A stretch of 64,000 nucleotides of DNA from Hamiltosporidium tvaerminnensis FI-OER-3-3. Lineage: Eukaryota; Fungi; Microsporidia. Position numbers and translations under genes: made by a program. Under the pieces are notes generated by a model. That model did not search any database, was not told the origin of the DNA, and saw only the letters and a list, made by a program, of their open reading frames with translations. Location of the stretch: assembly GCA_022605425.2 (NCBI GenBank), contig JAKIMF020000011.1, positions 937,065 to 1,001,064 of the forward strand. Reading direction: 5' to 3'. This document shows, in pieces, positions 1 to 11,309 of the stretch. How positions within the stretch are numbered: the stretch's first letter is position 1; every line of letters begins with the position of its first letter.

Positions 1-127
1 TTTTTATTTTTATGAAATGAATAAAAAGATTAGCTTTTTTAATAATAAAATATAAAAAAGTATTAAAATAGAAGATTTATAAATCTAAAAAAATATAGAA
101 AATTAAGAAAGGACTTACAAAATTTAT

Positions 128-730
128 TTATTTGCTAATAATTTCCATGACACTTAATATTTCCTTAAAAGAACATTCTTTACCATTTTTTTCAAAAAAT
201 AAGATATCTTTATCTTCATTAGTAACACAAAAAATACGATAATCGCGATTTACATATTCTTCTTGTACTGGATCTAATAACAGATGCTGATTTACTGAAA
301 TAAAAAAATACGGAAATATTTTTACAATTTTAAAATTTAAATTATTTAAAAAATATGATAATGAATGTATTAAATGTGAAGGATTAATAAAATTTGCGGT
401 TGAAGTGGTTGAAAGAGAAATGTTTAGAAATGTTGAGAGTACACCTGGCTCTACACATAGACTTTCTATATTCAAAATGTGCATTTTGATAAATAAAAGA
501 GAAATGTATCTGTTTATTGTTTTAAAGGGACTGTAAAATGTTAGATTTCCTTCACATGGCCTGTCTACATACGGAGAAGTAAAATATGAATTTAAAAATA
601 GAAAATACGATATTTCGGGAGTAACACATAACAATGTATTGTCTGTTAATGTATAATCTACTGGTTGTGATTCCGCAAACTTTCTTTTATCTAATCTTGC
701 ATTTTCTTCAAGAAGTTCTAATATAACCAT
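128..730 (-). CDS. Hypothetical protein (~200 aa)
   Basis: Long ORF in AT-rich DNA. First ATG at 730 is preceded by CCCC (GCCCCGTTTTTTATG), the microsporidian start-proximal motif; the track's TTG start at 748 is unlikely. No recognisable domain. Confidence 0.6.
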   Translation of the reverse strand: MVILELLEENARLDKRKFAESQPVDYTLTDNTLLCVTPEISYFLFLNSYFTSPYVDRPCEGNLTFYSPFKTINRYISLLFIKMHILNIESLCVEPGVLSTFLNISLSTTSTANFINPSHLIHSLSYFLNNLNFKIVKIFPYFFISVNQHLLLDPVQEEYVNRDYRIFCVTNEDKDILFFEKNGKECSFKEILSVMEIISK

Positions 731-1079
731 AAAAAACGGGGCGTTCAAAAACCAAAAATTTGTTTAAATTTAAAATTTAAAAGAATAAAAATTGAGTAAA
801 AAGTCTGCAAGTTTTATGTATCAAAAGGTACTTTAAAAATTAAAATTTTAAATAAAACAATAAATTATTTGCTGTATATTTATTTCCTCATGGAAGTACT
901 TATCAATAAAAACAGCAGATAAATATTTCTATTTATTTAATTAATATAGGTTTTGCTATATATTTCATTTAACCTGTATATTCCAATAATTATAACATTA
1001 TTAAAGAAATCAAATCAAAACTAACCGTCAAGTTTTTTTGATTCCTTTAAAAAGAAATTTGTGTCGATAGTATAACTTT

Positions 1080-1802
1080 CTTTATTTGAAAATGTCAATT
1101 TTTCTATAAAAAGTGGCAAGTTTTAGATTTTTTTCATGAAATTAACCCAGTTATAAATTCAACAAAAATAACTGCTATTGTCAACATTCCATCAGTACCT
1201 CCTATGATACTTACATCGCAAAGCCTTTCATCTATCAGGTATGTAGAACCTAATTACTAGGCGATGCAGTTGCCCGGTGTTCGTTAATGTCCGTTGCATG
1301 AAGTGTTTCGGTAATTAAAACCTCATTTTGAGCCCAACTTAAGACTATGCTGCAATTCCACTTATTTACACTTTTTGTACCCAATAAACTTATAGCTAGG
1401 TATATTCCAGAGACATACTTAGGGTTCACTTAGACAGTGTAATGACATACCAACAGATATAACCTACTACTTTGGCTTCTCGGATTTTATGATTTCTATT
1501 TTATAGATTTTCCAGGCGCTAATGCTTCTAACCCGATAGAACAAGGCTGGATTTACATTCTTATACGTAGCAAGTACCTACATTTCAGCTGCTGTCTGCC
1601 TTCTAGTTACATAAAAAAATACAAATAAATTTATAGAAAAAGTCTCGCCATTTTTTAGACCTCACCTCCTCATAACAACTCCCGTATGACAACTGAAGAT
1701 GTAGTGGTTTTATTTCCACAAAAAATCCAAACATTGGTTCACACCAGTTTCGCGCACTCTTCGCCAAGCAGAAAGTTTTTTATGTGAGCACCCTCGCTTT
1801 AC
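1080..1802 (-). mobile_element. ~730-bp SINE-like non-coding repeat (family A), diverged copy
   Basis: Collinear with the copies at 9602, 19067 and 36083 (GTGGCAAG..., TTCGTTAATGTCCGTTGCATG, CTTCTAACCCGA, GCCAAGCAGAAAGTTTTTTATGTG). Confidence 0.85.
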
Positions 1803-2089
1803 ATTTAATATAACATTAAAGATTAAATAATTTTATGCTTAATAATTTCTAAAAAAAATAATTTTAAATTTAAACTTAATGTATCTTCTTGATTAAATAT
1901 AAATTAGCTACGAGTAATTCACGTCTTTTATTCTTAAACGGGAAAATAAATAATTACTTAAAATAAACTCAAATAATAGATTTTATATCACACCAATAAA
2001 ATTATTTTACTCATATTTCCTAGTTATCTTTATTAAATTTATATTTTAAGTAAATTATTTAGATAGAATGAAGATATAATTTTTACTAT

Positions 2090-4546
2090 AATTGGAAAGC
2101 TGCTGGAATTGATGGTATTTACAATTTTTTCATTAAGAAACTTACAACTCTTCACAAATATCTTTATGATATTGTGAAAGTTATATGTTTAGAAGGAACA
2201 CCTCAAGCTGATTGGTTTTACTGCGGGCTTACGTATTTGATACCGAAAGGAATTCCACGAAGAGGCTCTGACTACAGGCCAATCACTTGTATGTCCAACC
2301 TCTATAAGTTAACGACAAAGTGTGTAACGAAAGTCGTTCAACTTGAAGTGGAAAGGCGAGGGTTGCTTGCAGAGAACCAACTAGGGGCGGTAAGAGGTGT
2401 GCAGGGAGCGAAAGAGCAGGCTCTACTGAATATTGCCTTAAATAAAGAGTATGGAAATAATCTTAAGGCAACATGGATTGATGTTAAAAAAGCTTATGAT
2501 TCAATAGATCATGCTTATTTAACTCAATGCATTGAAAACCTTAATTTACCTGATTGGATCCTGAAATTTATTAAGGTAATTATATCAAAATGGAAAATTG
2601 ATATATCAGTAGGGCCTGAAAAAATCATGAGCAAGAAGATTGATAGAGGGATTCTACAAGGAGATAGTCTGTCACCTTTGTTATTTGTGTTGTGTATGGA
2701 TCCATTAAGCCGAAAGCTTAATGAAAAATACACAAAAGTGACAGTACAAACAGATGCAGAATCCCATTCTACTAATCATCTCTTGTTTATTGATGATCTT
2801 AAGCTCCTTGCTAAAAACAGCTCCACATTGAGTGCTATGACAGGCGAGGCAAAGGAATTTTTAGAGGTGATTGGCTTAGAGATTAACAAAGAGAAGTCAG
2901 CCACAAATGATACGTGTTGTGAAGATACTGCTACTCTTCTAGAAGGTGTTAGTGTTTACAAATATTTAGGAATAATAGAAGATAGCAGAGGAATCCCAAC
3001 ACGTAGCTCATTTGAAGAAGTACAGAGCAAACTTATATCAAGAGTTGAAAGACTTTGTCACACTAGATTAAATGCAAAAAATTTATTTTCTGCAATCAAT
3101 CAACATGCGATATCGTTAATCAACTACCACATAGGAGTACTTCGACTTGAACCGGCTGACTTCTCTAAGTTAGATGATGCAGTGCGTGCGGTGTTGGTTA
3201 AAAATAAGATACATCTCCGCCCAGGATGTAAAGAGCGGTTGTATCTCCCTAGAACAGAACTTGGAAGAGGCCTACATAGTGTTGAGTTGCGAAGCGAACA
3301 TATGCTTCTGCAACTCTTGGATTGTCTGGAAAAAAGTAAAGAAATATCAACTAGACGAGCAGCAATCCTCAAGGTGGAGAATAATAATAAAACCCATCTT
3401 GCACTAATAAAAGGCTTCTTAAAAGTAAAGTACAGGTTGGTAGAAGAAGTCACTAAGAAAAGTTTAGAAGAAGCTCAACTTGCAAAACTATATAACGAAA
3501 TAGAAAAACGAAAACTCCATTCAAAGTTATATAATGCAAGAAAAAATGAGCTTGTGAGTGTTAGTGACTCTTCAAGATGGCTAAAGAGAGGAAATATTAG
3601 GCCACGAAATGAAGCTGTGTTCTGCTATATCCAGGATAGAAATGTATTCTGGGGAGCAGATGGTGTGTGTCAACATTGCGGGAAGTCTGGTAAGACTGTG
3701 GATCATCTAGCAACTAGATGTGAAAAAATGCTAGGTCATGATTACACTAGACGGCATAATGAAGTGGTTAGATGCCTACACCTTCTCCTTCTAAATAGAT
3801 ATAAGTTTAAGTCTTCAAAACGAATAAGGAGCCACTCAGTTCAAGAAATTCTTGATAATGAGTACGCAGAGATAAGAGTGGACACCAGAATAAAAACTGA
3901 TGTTAAAATTCGGAATAACAGACCGGACATATTTATTTTAGATAAGAAGAAGAATAAGATAATACTCATTGAAGTAGGAATCACTTCCCAAGATTCACTT
4001 CAAATAGTTGAAACTGAAAAACTTAGGAAGTATGACCTGTTAGCCAATGAGTTGGGTCTTATTTATAAGTGTAGTGTTGAGATAATCCCCTATGTGATGA
4101 CCTGGGACGGTATTGTGACAAAATACCATAAATCTCATCTCAAAAGACTAGAAATACCCATGAATGTAGAGGCATACATTCAGTCTATAGTACTTAAGAA
4201 GACAGTCGAAACAATTTCCTTTGATCGACGAAGAGAACTTGAGTCGGGACTAAATGCCGAAGAGAGCTGGGAGAGAGCGTCAATGGGTGTTATTATGAGA
4301 TCAGAGATGCATGAGGAACCAATACCCCCTTTAAAAGAAGCGAAAACAGAGGAAGATGGTGCCAAAAATTTTAAACCAAAATATAAAGCCCCCTTTATTT
4401 TACAAGGAGGAACCACTTTAGAGGAACCGACCAATAACATAAATGAAGAGTCGGATTTGGAAGAAGAGACAAAAGTGGTCAAAGAGGTAGAAGAAAACAT
4501 GTAAAAAATGGTAAAAAATATTTTAACCCAGAATTTTATTAAATAA
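2090..4546 (+). mobile_element. 5'-truncated non-LTR retrotransposon, RLE type (R4/Dong-like)
   Basis: Begins in-frame at NWKAAGIDG (RT motif 0) and ends ...ACCCAGAATTTTATTAAATAA. Flanked by the direct repeat ATAATTTTTACTAT (2076-2089, 4543-4556). Confidence 0.93.
2174..4504 (+). CDS. Reverse transcriptase + CCHC zinc knuckle + restriction-like endonuclease (N-terminally truncated)
   Basis: Motifs DYRPIT, WIDVKKAYDS, GILQGDSLSPLLF, HLLFIDDLKL, YKYLG; CQHC..DHLATRC; RHNEVV; RPDIFILD..LIEVGIT..EKLRKY (PD-(D/E)xK RLE). The frame is open from ~2090 and there is no true ATG start. Confidence 0.93.
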   Translation: MKVICLEGTPQADWFYCGLTYLIPKGIPRRGSDYRPITCMSNLYKLTTKCVTKVVQLEVERRGLLAENQLGAVRGVQGAKEQALLNIALNKEYGNNLKATWIDVKKAYDSIDHAYLTQCIENLNLPDWILKFIKVIISKWKIDISVGPEKIMSKKIDRGILQGDSLSPLLFVLCMDPLSRKLNEKYTKVTVQTDAESHSTNHLLFIDDLKLLAKNSSTLSAMTGEAKEFLEVIGLEINKEKSATNDTCCEDTATLLEGVSVYKYLGIIEDSRGIPTRSSFEEVQSKLISRVERLCHTRLNAKNLFSAINQHAISLINYHIGVLRLEPADFSKLDDAVRAVLVKNKIHLRPGCKERLYLPRTELGRGLHSVELRSEHMLLQLLDCLEKSKEISTRRAAILKVENNNKTHLALIKGFLKVKYRLVEEVTKKSLEEAQLAKLYNEIEKRKLHSKLYNARKNELVSVSDSSRWLKRGNIRPRNEAVFCYIQDRNVFWGADGVCQHCGKSGKTVDHLATRCEKMLGHDYTRRHNEVVRCLHLLLLNRYKFKSSKRIRSHSVQEILDNEYAEIRVDTRIKTDVKIRNNRPDIFILDKKKNKIILIEVGITSQDSLQIVETEKLRKYDLLANELGLIYKCSVEIIPYVMTWDGIVTKYHKSHLKRLEIPMNVEAYIQSIVLKKTVETISFDRRRELESGLNAEESWERASMGVIMRSEMHEEPIPPLKEAKTEEDGAKNFKPKYKAPFILQGGTTLEEPTNNINEESDLEEETKVVKEVEENM

Positions 4547-5874
4547 TTTTTACTATTTTTTCGATATTTATATTCTTTTGCTTTCATTTAGATAAAATGA
4601 ATGAATTTTTATTCAAAAATATTAATTATAAGGAATAACTGTTGTTCTTAACTCATACAAATAGTATTAACTGGACTCATTAGAGATATTAAAAAAACGA
4701 AATTTTTTTTATCTAAGTAATTTTTGAGTAAAATAAGAATTTTCTAAACGTATGAATATTTATATTTGATTAATAACCAAATTAGTTATATAAAGCTTTA
4801 AATGAAACCTTTTCTAGAAGTATATTAATATTTATTTGATCATAAATTTAATTTAAAATAAATTTTTTATCTTTTTTGTCTCATAAGATATCATAGGTTT
4901 TTAAAGCCACTTATTACTTTTATAATTAGATTTATCTGTTCATAGGTAAATTACGAATCAATTAAACCAATTAATATGTTTGAAGCAAGTAAGGTAGTTA
5001 CTTGTGTTTAATATCTCAAATAAATATACTAAATAAAAGTTTTATTAAATTATTCACTAAAAAATAGTATATTAGACTTAGAGATTAAATTCTTTATTTT
5101 AAACCAAAATTAGAAGTAACTTTATAATTTTGTAGTTATAATTACAGAATATGAAAAGTTATTTTAATTTGAATTCGAAATATCGGTCTAAATAATAATT
5201 TAAAATTCTAAATATCTCTTTATAGAAAGTAAATCAACAAAATTAGATAATTTTAATTAGATTAAATATAACAATTGTTGAGAACAAAACGGAATAAATA
5301 AACAAGAACAACCATTTCTCATTTATGGTTGTAATTCTTACTTTAGAGTAGATTATTTATTGATTAAATAGAAATAATTAACAAAGCGCTATTTATTTAA
5401 TCTTATTGTAAATTAGACGGAATAATCTCTATCCTTATACAATATATTTTGTTTTTAATAAACTTTTTCTTATTGTTTTGAGATATTTGAATATCTAAGT
5501 TGAATTGATTTGTCTTATAAAAATATTTTTGAAAATTTTATATTTACATAAATATAAACTAAAATCCAAATAAAACAAAGGTAAAAGTATGATAATCTCT
5601 AAGTATGAAATATCATGAATATTTAGATTTGATAAAATTAACTTTGTTTATTTTTATATAAACTTTAATACAAGATAATTGGTCATTAAAAGATAATTTC
5701 GAAGATTTTAATTGATCAAATATTAATCTCGAATACTTGATATCAAAAATGACTTATCAAAATTATTTTTTTCCTTTTGAGGTAAATGATTGATTTGATT
5801 TTAAGAATAAAATTTAAGGAACCAATAATTGAAAAAAATAGCATTTTTAAAGAAAAAAAAAAGACAATCAAATT

Positions 5875-6648
5875 ATGAAGGAACTTGAGACAATATTGAT
5901 ACTTTTTATGTTGAACAGCGGTATGATAAATGCTAGTGATAGTGATCTTAGATCTCAAATAGGACTACCTTTACCTTTGTTTGTAGAAAGATATCCAACT
6001 ATTTTCGATATAAACTGTATTATGTTTGTTTTGTTTAATATATTGTTTTTTGTAGTTGCTCTATTGCCACAGGATAAACTAGAGAAATTTCAGAAAAGTT
6101 TAGTGGCCGGTATCGGAGCATTTTATACTGTATATCACCTATCAGGGTTTTTACCTTTGATAAAAATATTTTCCAGATTAGGATCATTGGCAGCAGCAGT
6201 TGTGGTAGCCGTGTCATCTTATATGAACAAAGATCTGTGTAATCTCGGTCTTTCTATACCAAGTGGATACATAGCAGGATATATGACCATAGCAATTATA
6301 CGATCGTTTGGTTTTTTCGGGTTTTTATTTTTGTTCGCGATTTACACAGGTATTTTTTTCTTGCTTGGTAAATTTCGTGAAAAAGAACACTATGGAGCAT
6401 GTAGAGGGCTGATTTTAACGTATTGTTTCTTGGTCATCACTTCTCTACTCACACCATTATCGATATTTAGATCAGTTCATGGCCTCTTATGGGCAGGCGT
6501 CTTTATAATCGATATAATCGGATTACTTATTCTTATATCAATGCCACCTGCAATATTTATGTACACCGTTTTTAAAAGTAAAGTATTGGAAGTTGTTTTG
6601 GGGAAAAAAGACAACAAACCACAACAAAAAGAAAATTCTGAAGCTTGA
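5875..6648 (+). CDS. Multi-pass membrane protein with signal-like N-terminus
   Basis: 257-aa ORF with a hydrophobic N-terminus, about 7 hydrophobic segments and a charged C-tail. Family not identified. Confidence 0.8.
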   Translation: MKELETILILFMLNSGMINASDSDLRSQIGLPLPLFVERYPTIFDINCIMFVLFNILFFVVALLPQDKLEKFQKSLVAGIGAFYTVYHLSGFLPLIKIFSRLGSLAAAVVVAVSSYMNKDLCNLGLSIPSGYIAGYMTIAIIRSFGFFGFLFLFAIYTGIFFLLGKFREKEHYGACRGLILTYCFLVITSLLTPLSIFRSVHGLLWAGVFIIDIIGLLILISMPPAIFMYTVFKSKVLEVVLGKKDNKPQQKENSEA

Positions 6649-6659
6649 AATTAAAAAAA

Positions 6660-6945
6660 AGTTTTGTTTTAATATTTTCCTCTAATTATTTGTTGAAATT
6701 CAAAAACTAAGAATTAAAAGTTTTGTTTTAACTTTATTTCTATTATTTATCGTCAAAAATTCTCTTAATTCAAAGAAATTAAAACTAGAACATAAATTTA
6801 AGTTATTTCTATTATTTATCGTCAAAAATTCTCTTAATTCAAAGAATTAAAAATAAAACATAAATTTAAGTTATTTCTATTATTTATCTTTAAAAATTCT
6901 TACTATTCAAGGAAATTAAAAATAAAACTTAAATTTAATTTTTTC
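6660..6945. repeat. ~68-bp tandem repeat (3-4 units) directly 3' of the membrane-protein gene
   Basis: TTATTTCTATTATTTATC recurs at 6734, 6803 and 6871. Confidence 0.85.
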
Positions 6946-7619
6946 AAACATTATCTCTAAAAATTTTTACTAAATTAAGTAGTTTAAATTTAAAAGATAA
7001 ATTTTTATTTTTTTTTATTTTTTAAAGTTTGCTACAATAAAAATAATTTTGATCAAATATAATCTGAAAATACTTTAAACCATAGAAAATATATCTTTAT
7101 AAAAATAAATAATTTAAAAAAAAAACTTATTTTACTATTCATATCTATTATAATCTAAACGTTTTATATAAACATTTATTTGTAATCTAACAATTTATAA
7201 TGGAATTGTATTTTATTTAAAATTAAAAATTTAAAAAAAATAAAAACTTATATCTTTAAATTTTTAGAAGTTATTTATTTTAGTTAATAATCTGATTAAA
7301 AAATATCAATCTTATTGAAATCCACGTTTTCTTTTTTATCAGACGAGAAATAATTAAAATTAATTGATAAAAATATATTTTAAGAGTTATATAGTATTTC
7401 TAATAAATATTTGTTTTCGATTAGTACGATTGAAAAATTTGTAAATTATGTAAATACTTACAAAAAATATTGGATTTTATATAAATATTCATATTTAAGT
7501 GTTACGAATTAAATCCAATACATTGTTTTTTTCATTTACTCTCTATTGATTTATTCCAAAAGGAGAAATAATATTGATTTCTAATTTTTAAATATAGAAC
7601 CGTTGTTTATCAATAAGTT

Positions 7620-8849
7620 ATGAGAATTATTAAATTTTCTATGATTTTTTTACATCAATTATGTTTTGGTACGCTTTTATACGAATCAAGGAAAGAAAAT
7701 TCCATACCTATGTCGAAAAATTGTTATGAGAAGAATTTTGAGAGTCAGATAGAAATGCTCGGATTTGAAAATGTTGAATTTGTGGCAGAAGGTGAGCATG
7801 GATATGTTTTTGGTGCAATAGATAGTATAAATGGAAAAAAACAGGCGATAAAAGTTTCGAAGTCGAAACCAAGCATTGAGAACGAAATAAATATGTTAAG
7901 CGGTCTAGAGCATTCGAATATCATCAAATTACTGAATGTAAAGAAACAAAATTCAACAATTTTTATATTTTATGATTTTTATGAAAAAACGCTATATAAA
8001 TTCGTAGATAAAAATAAAATCAACCAACGTAAAAAAAAAATTATTATTAAACAATTGCTAGATGTATTGGTATATTTAAATGAAAAGCAAATAATTCACA
8101 ACGATTTAAATCCAAACAATATAATGATTCAAAACTCATACACCGTTCGTGTAATCGATTTTGGTATTTCTTGCTCTAAAGAGTCACCAAAAAATTTATT
8201 CATGTCAAATCTATCAGAAGAAGATAACAAAAAATATTTTCATTATTCACCCGAAGTTAGAGATTTGGCACAAACTTTTGATGAAAAAACAGACATTTGG
8301 TCATTGGGATGTGTCATTTATTTCATTGAAACCAAAAAAAAGCTAACAGAATATATTTTAGAAGAAAATCTTCAAGAAAAATACCGAAAATTTATTTCAT
8401 ATTTCATACACAAGGATCCTTCATACAGAATCAGCGCAGAAATAGCACGTATGTCTGATTTTTTTGATGATATTTACAAACAAATGTTTTGTTTTTGTTG
8501 TCTCCGAAGCAAAATTTATTTTCTAAACGAAATAGAATATCGAATAGAAAATGATATTCTTTTATTCGAAAGAGAAGAATTTCACTATCAAATCCACTGC
8601 AAACATACCATCGAATCAATTATTCTCTATCAAGAAAAACTATCAGTTATACGTCGAAACAATCAGGATTTCATAAAGCAGAATCCAAATTTCGAGTTCA
8701 GTAAAAAATGTAAATTTTTAGTTTATCTTAACCAAACCAAATATATGCTATACGAGTTACCAATCGAGCATTTCTGTGTTGTGTGGCAAGCATTCCGGTT
8801 ACTCAAAGACCAAAATATATCCACAGGTTTAAAAAAACACGTTTTTTAG
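7620..8849 (+). CDS. Atypical Ser/Thr protein kinase with putative signal peptide
   Basis: G-loop AEGEHGYV, AIK, HNDLNPNN, DFG, YSPE, DIWSLG, RISA. Hydrophobic N-terminus MRIIKFSMIFLHQLCFG. Confidence 0.88.
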   Translation: MRIIKFSMIFLHQLCFGTLLYESRKENSIPMSKNCYEKNFESQIEMLGFENVEFVAEGEHGYVFGAIDSINGKKQAIKVSKSKPSIENEINMLSGLEHSNIIKLLNVKKQNSTIFIFYDFYEKTLYKFVDKNKINQRKKKIIIKQLLDVLVYLNEKQIIHNDLNPNNIMIQNSYTVRVIDFGISCSKESPKNLFMSNLSEEDNKKYFHYSPEVRDLAQTFDEKTDIWSLGCVIYFIETKKKLTEYILEENLQEKYRKFISYFIHKDPSYRISAEIARMSDFFDDIYKQMFCFCCLRSKIYFLNEIEYRIENDILLFEREEFHYQIHCKHTIESIILYQEKLSVIRRNNQDFIKQNPNFEFSKKCKFLVYLNQTKYMLYELPIEHFCVVWQAFRLLKDQNISTGLKKHVF

Positions 8850-9601
8850 AAAATTTAAATATTTTCATTAAATATTTTTAATAGAAAATTAAAATCGATT
8901 TATCAGTAGAATTTTTTTGATTTAAATAAATATTTTGATCTTAAATTTATAAACTCTACAACTTAATAATAGTAAAATATATTCTTTAATACCAATATCA
9001 TCTAATACTTAGTTTTAACCATTTATCTCGTTGATACTGTTTGTTTATCAATTAAACGAACTTCTTTTTTATCGGTCTAAAAATTTTTTTACATTCCAAT
9101 TTCTATAATCGATTTCATAGTTTAATTAAAAGTTCATATTTTTATCAGAATTTATTTTTCTATTTTTATTCCAATTAAGAATTCATATTTTTATCCCAAT
9201 TTCATATTCCAATTTATAATTTATTCTATTTTTATCCAATTCATTTTCTATTTTTATTCTAATTTATAATCTTCATATTTCCTTTAAAATACAATCTCTT
9301 TGAGATATAAAAAACTATTATCAATATAAATATCAAGTAATTTAATATATCTCTTATATTACAATTAAATACATTTATAATTAAGCTTTACCACCCAAAC
9401 ATATCAATCTAAACACACATACTTATAATTAAATAATTTATATAAGATATATTATTTCCATGAAATAAACTTTTATTTCTTTAAATATCTTAAATTCTAA
9501 AACTGTAAAGTAGAATATTACACGTAAACATTTATAAATCATAAATTTTTACTTTTAACCTTCTTTATAAAGTATTTACTTTTTTAATATAAATAAAAAT
9601 A

Positions 9602-10327
9602 CTTTATTTAAAAGTATCAGATCTTTTTAAAACAGTGGCAAGTGTTATATTTGTTTTCATGACATTAACGCATTCTAGGTTATACATAAATAACTGCTAC
9701 CCCAAAACTCCATCAGTAACCCATGCGATACCTACCTCCCAATGACTTTCATCTACCGGGTGTGTAGAACCTAATTAATAGGCGAAGCAGGTGCCCGGAG
9801 TTCGTTAATGTCCGTTGCATGGAGTGTGATCGAAAGCCGAAGCCCCCCCTGGGCTCCCCTAAGACTATGCAGCATTCCCACTTATTCTAAACTTTCTGAA
9901 CCCAATAAACTTCTAGCTAAGATATATTTCAGAGCTTTACATGGGGTCCACCTAGATAGTGCAATGACATACCAACAGGTATAACCTGCTACTTAGCTCT
10001 CCTGGCTTTAAATGGTTTTTATTTTTATATCTCCCAGGCGCTAAGCCTTCTAACCCGAGTGAGCAAGGCTAGGTTTCCATGCTTTTATATGGCAATTACC
10101 TATATGTTTAGCTGCGTTCTGCAATCTGGTTGCATAAAAAACACAAATAAATTTGTAGAAAAAGTTTCTCCATTTCTTAGACCTCTTCTCCTCCTAACAA
10201 CTCTCATGGAACAACCGAAGATGTAGTGTGGTTTTATTCCCACCAAAAATCCAAACAATTATCTTCACACCAGTTTCACACACTTATTGCCAAGCAGAAA
10301 GTTTTTTATGTGTTATCCTCTCTCCAC
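9602..10327 (-). mobile_element. Family A SINE-like repeat, near-intact copy
   Basis: High identity to 19067-19796 with the same termini (CTTTATTTAAAAGTATCA ... TATCCTCTCTCCAC). AAATAAAAATA lies on both flanks (9591-9601, 10330-10340). Confidence 0.92.
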
Positions 10328-10342
10328 AAAAATAAAAATAAA

Positions 10343-10756
10343 AATCTCATCTTAAAAGACTATAAATACCCATGAATGTAGAAGCATACATTCAGTCTAT
10401 AGTACTTAAGAAAACAGTCGAAACAATTTCCTTTGATCGACGAAGAGGATTCGAGTCAGGACTAAATGCCGAAGAGAGCTGGGAGAGAGCGTCAATGGGT
10501 GTTATTATGAGAGCAGAGATGCATGAGGAACCAACACCCCCTTTAAAAGATGAGAAGAGAGAGGAAGATGGTGCAAAAAATTTTAAACCAAAAAATAAAG
10601 CACCCTTTATTTCACAAGGAGGAACCACTTTAGAGGAACCGACCAATAACATAAATGAAGAATCGGATTAGGAAGAAGAGACAAAAGTGGTTAAAGAGGT
10701 AGAAGAAAACATGTAAAAATGGTAAAAAATATTTTAACCCAGAATTTTATTAAATA
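10343..10756 (+). mobile_element. 3' fragment of the RLE retrotransposon
   Basis: Near-identical to ~4130-4546 (MNVEAYIQSIVLKK...) with a premature stop at 10671 and the same 3' terminus. Confidence 0.93.
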
Positions 10757-11309
10757 AAAAATATAAGTTGTTTCAATTTATATAAAATACGAAATAAAAA
10801 TTTTTTTTAAAAATCTTAAATTAAAATCGTAGAGTAAATAATAATAATATTTTTTAAAAATACTAATAATTCATATATTTAGAGTTACCTCTTACATTCA
10901 GTACATTGCTTACTCAATGACTAACAGAGATTTAATATTAGAATTTAAAAAAGTATTAAATAAAATATAATTATGACTAATAATCCTAAAACAAAGAAAG
11001 TTCAATTTACTTTTAATTTATAGAATTTCAAAAAATATTTTTCTTTAACTGATCATACCACTGTTTTAATTCTAAAAATAATTCTAAATATTAAAAAAGC
11101 TTACAACTTAAAAAAAAGTAAAATTATAAAAATATTAAATATAGATAAATAATTATTAACCTAAATCACTTAAACTATTATTTATAACAAATAATCTAAT
11201 TATTAACCTAAATCATTAGAAATCACTTATAATATTAATTATAATAAATAAATATTAATCTAATTATTAATCTAATTATTAACTTAAATCACTAGAAATC
11301 ACTTAGAAA

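Noticed and set aside
2524-4587. Antisense and alternate-frame ORFs overlapping the RT (and similar ones within HIRA, the LRR gene, 54550 and 61437)
   Set aside because: Shadow ORFs from codon bias or low complexity of the real genes.
6660-6945. CRISPR-like appearance of tandem repeats here and at 15.3, 16.2 and 17.6 kb
   Set aside because: Head-to-tail duplications without unique spacers, no cas genes, and a eukaryotic context.
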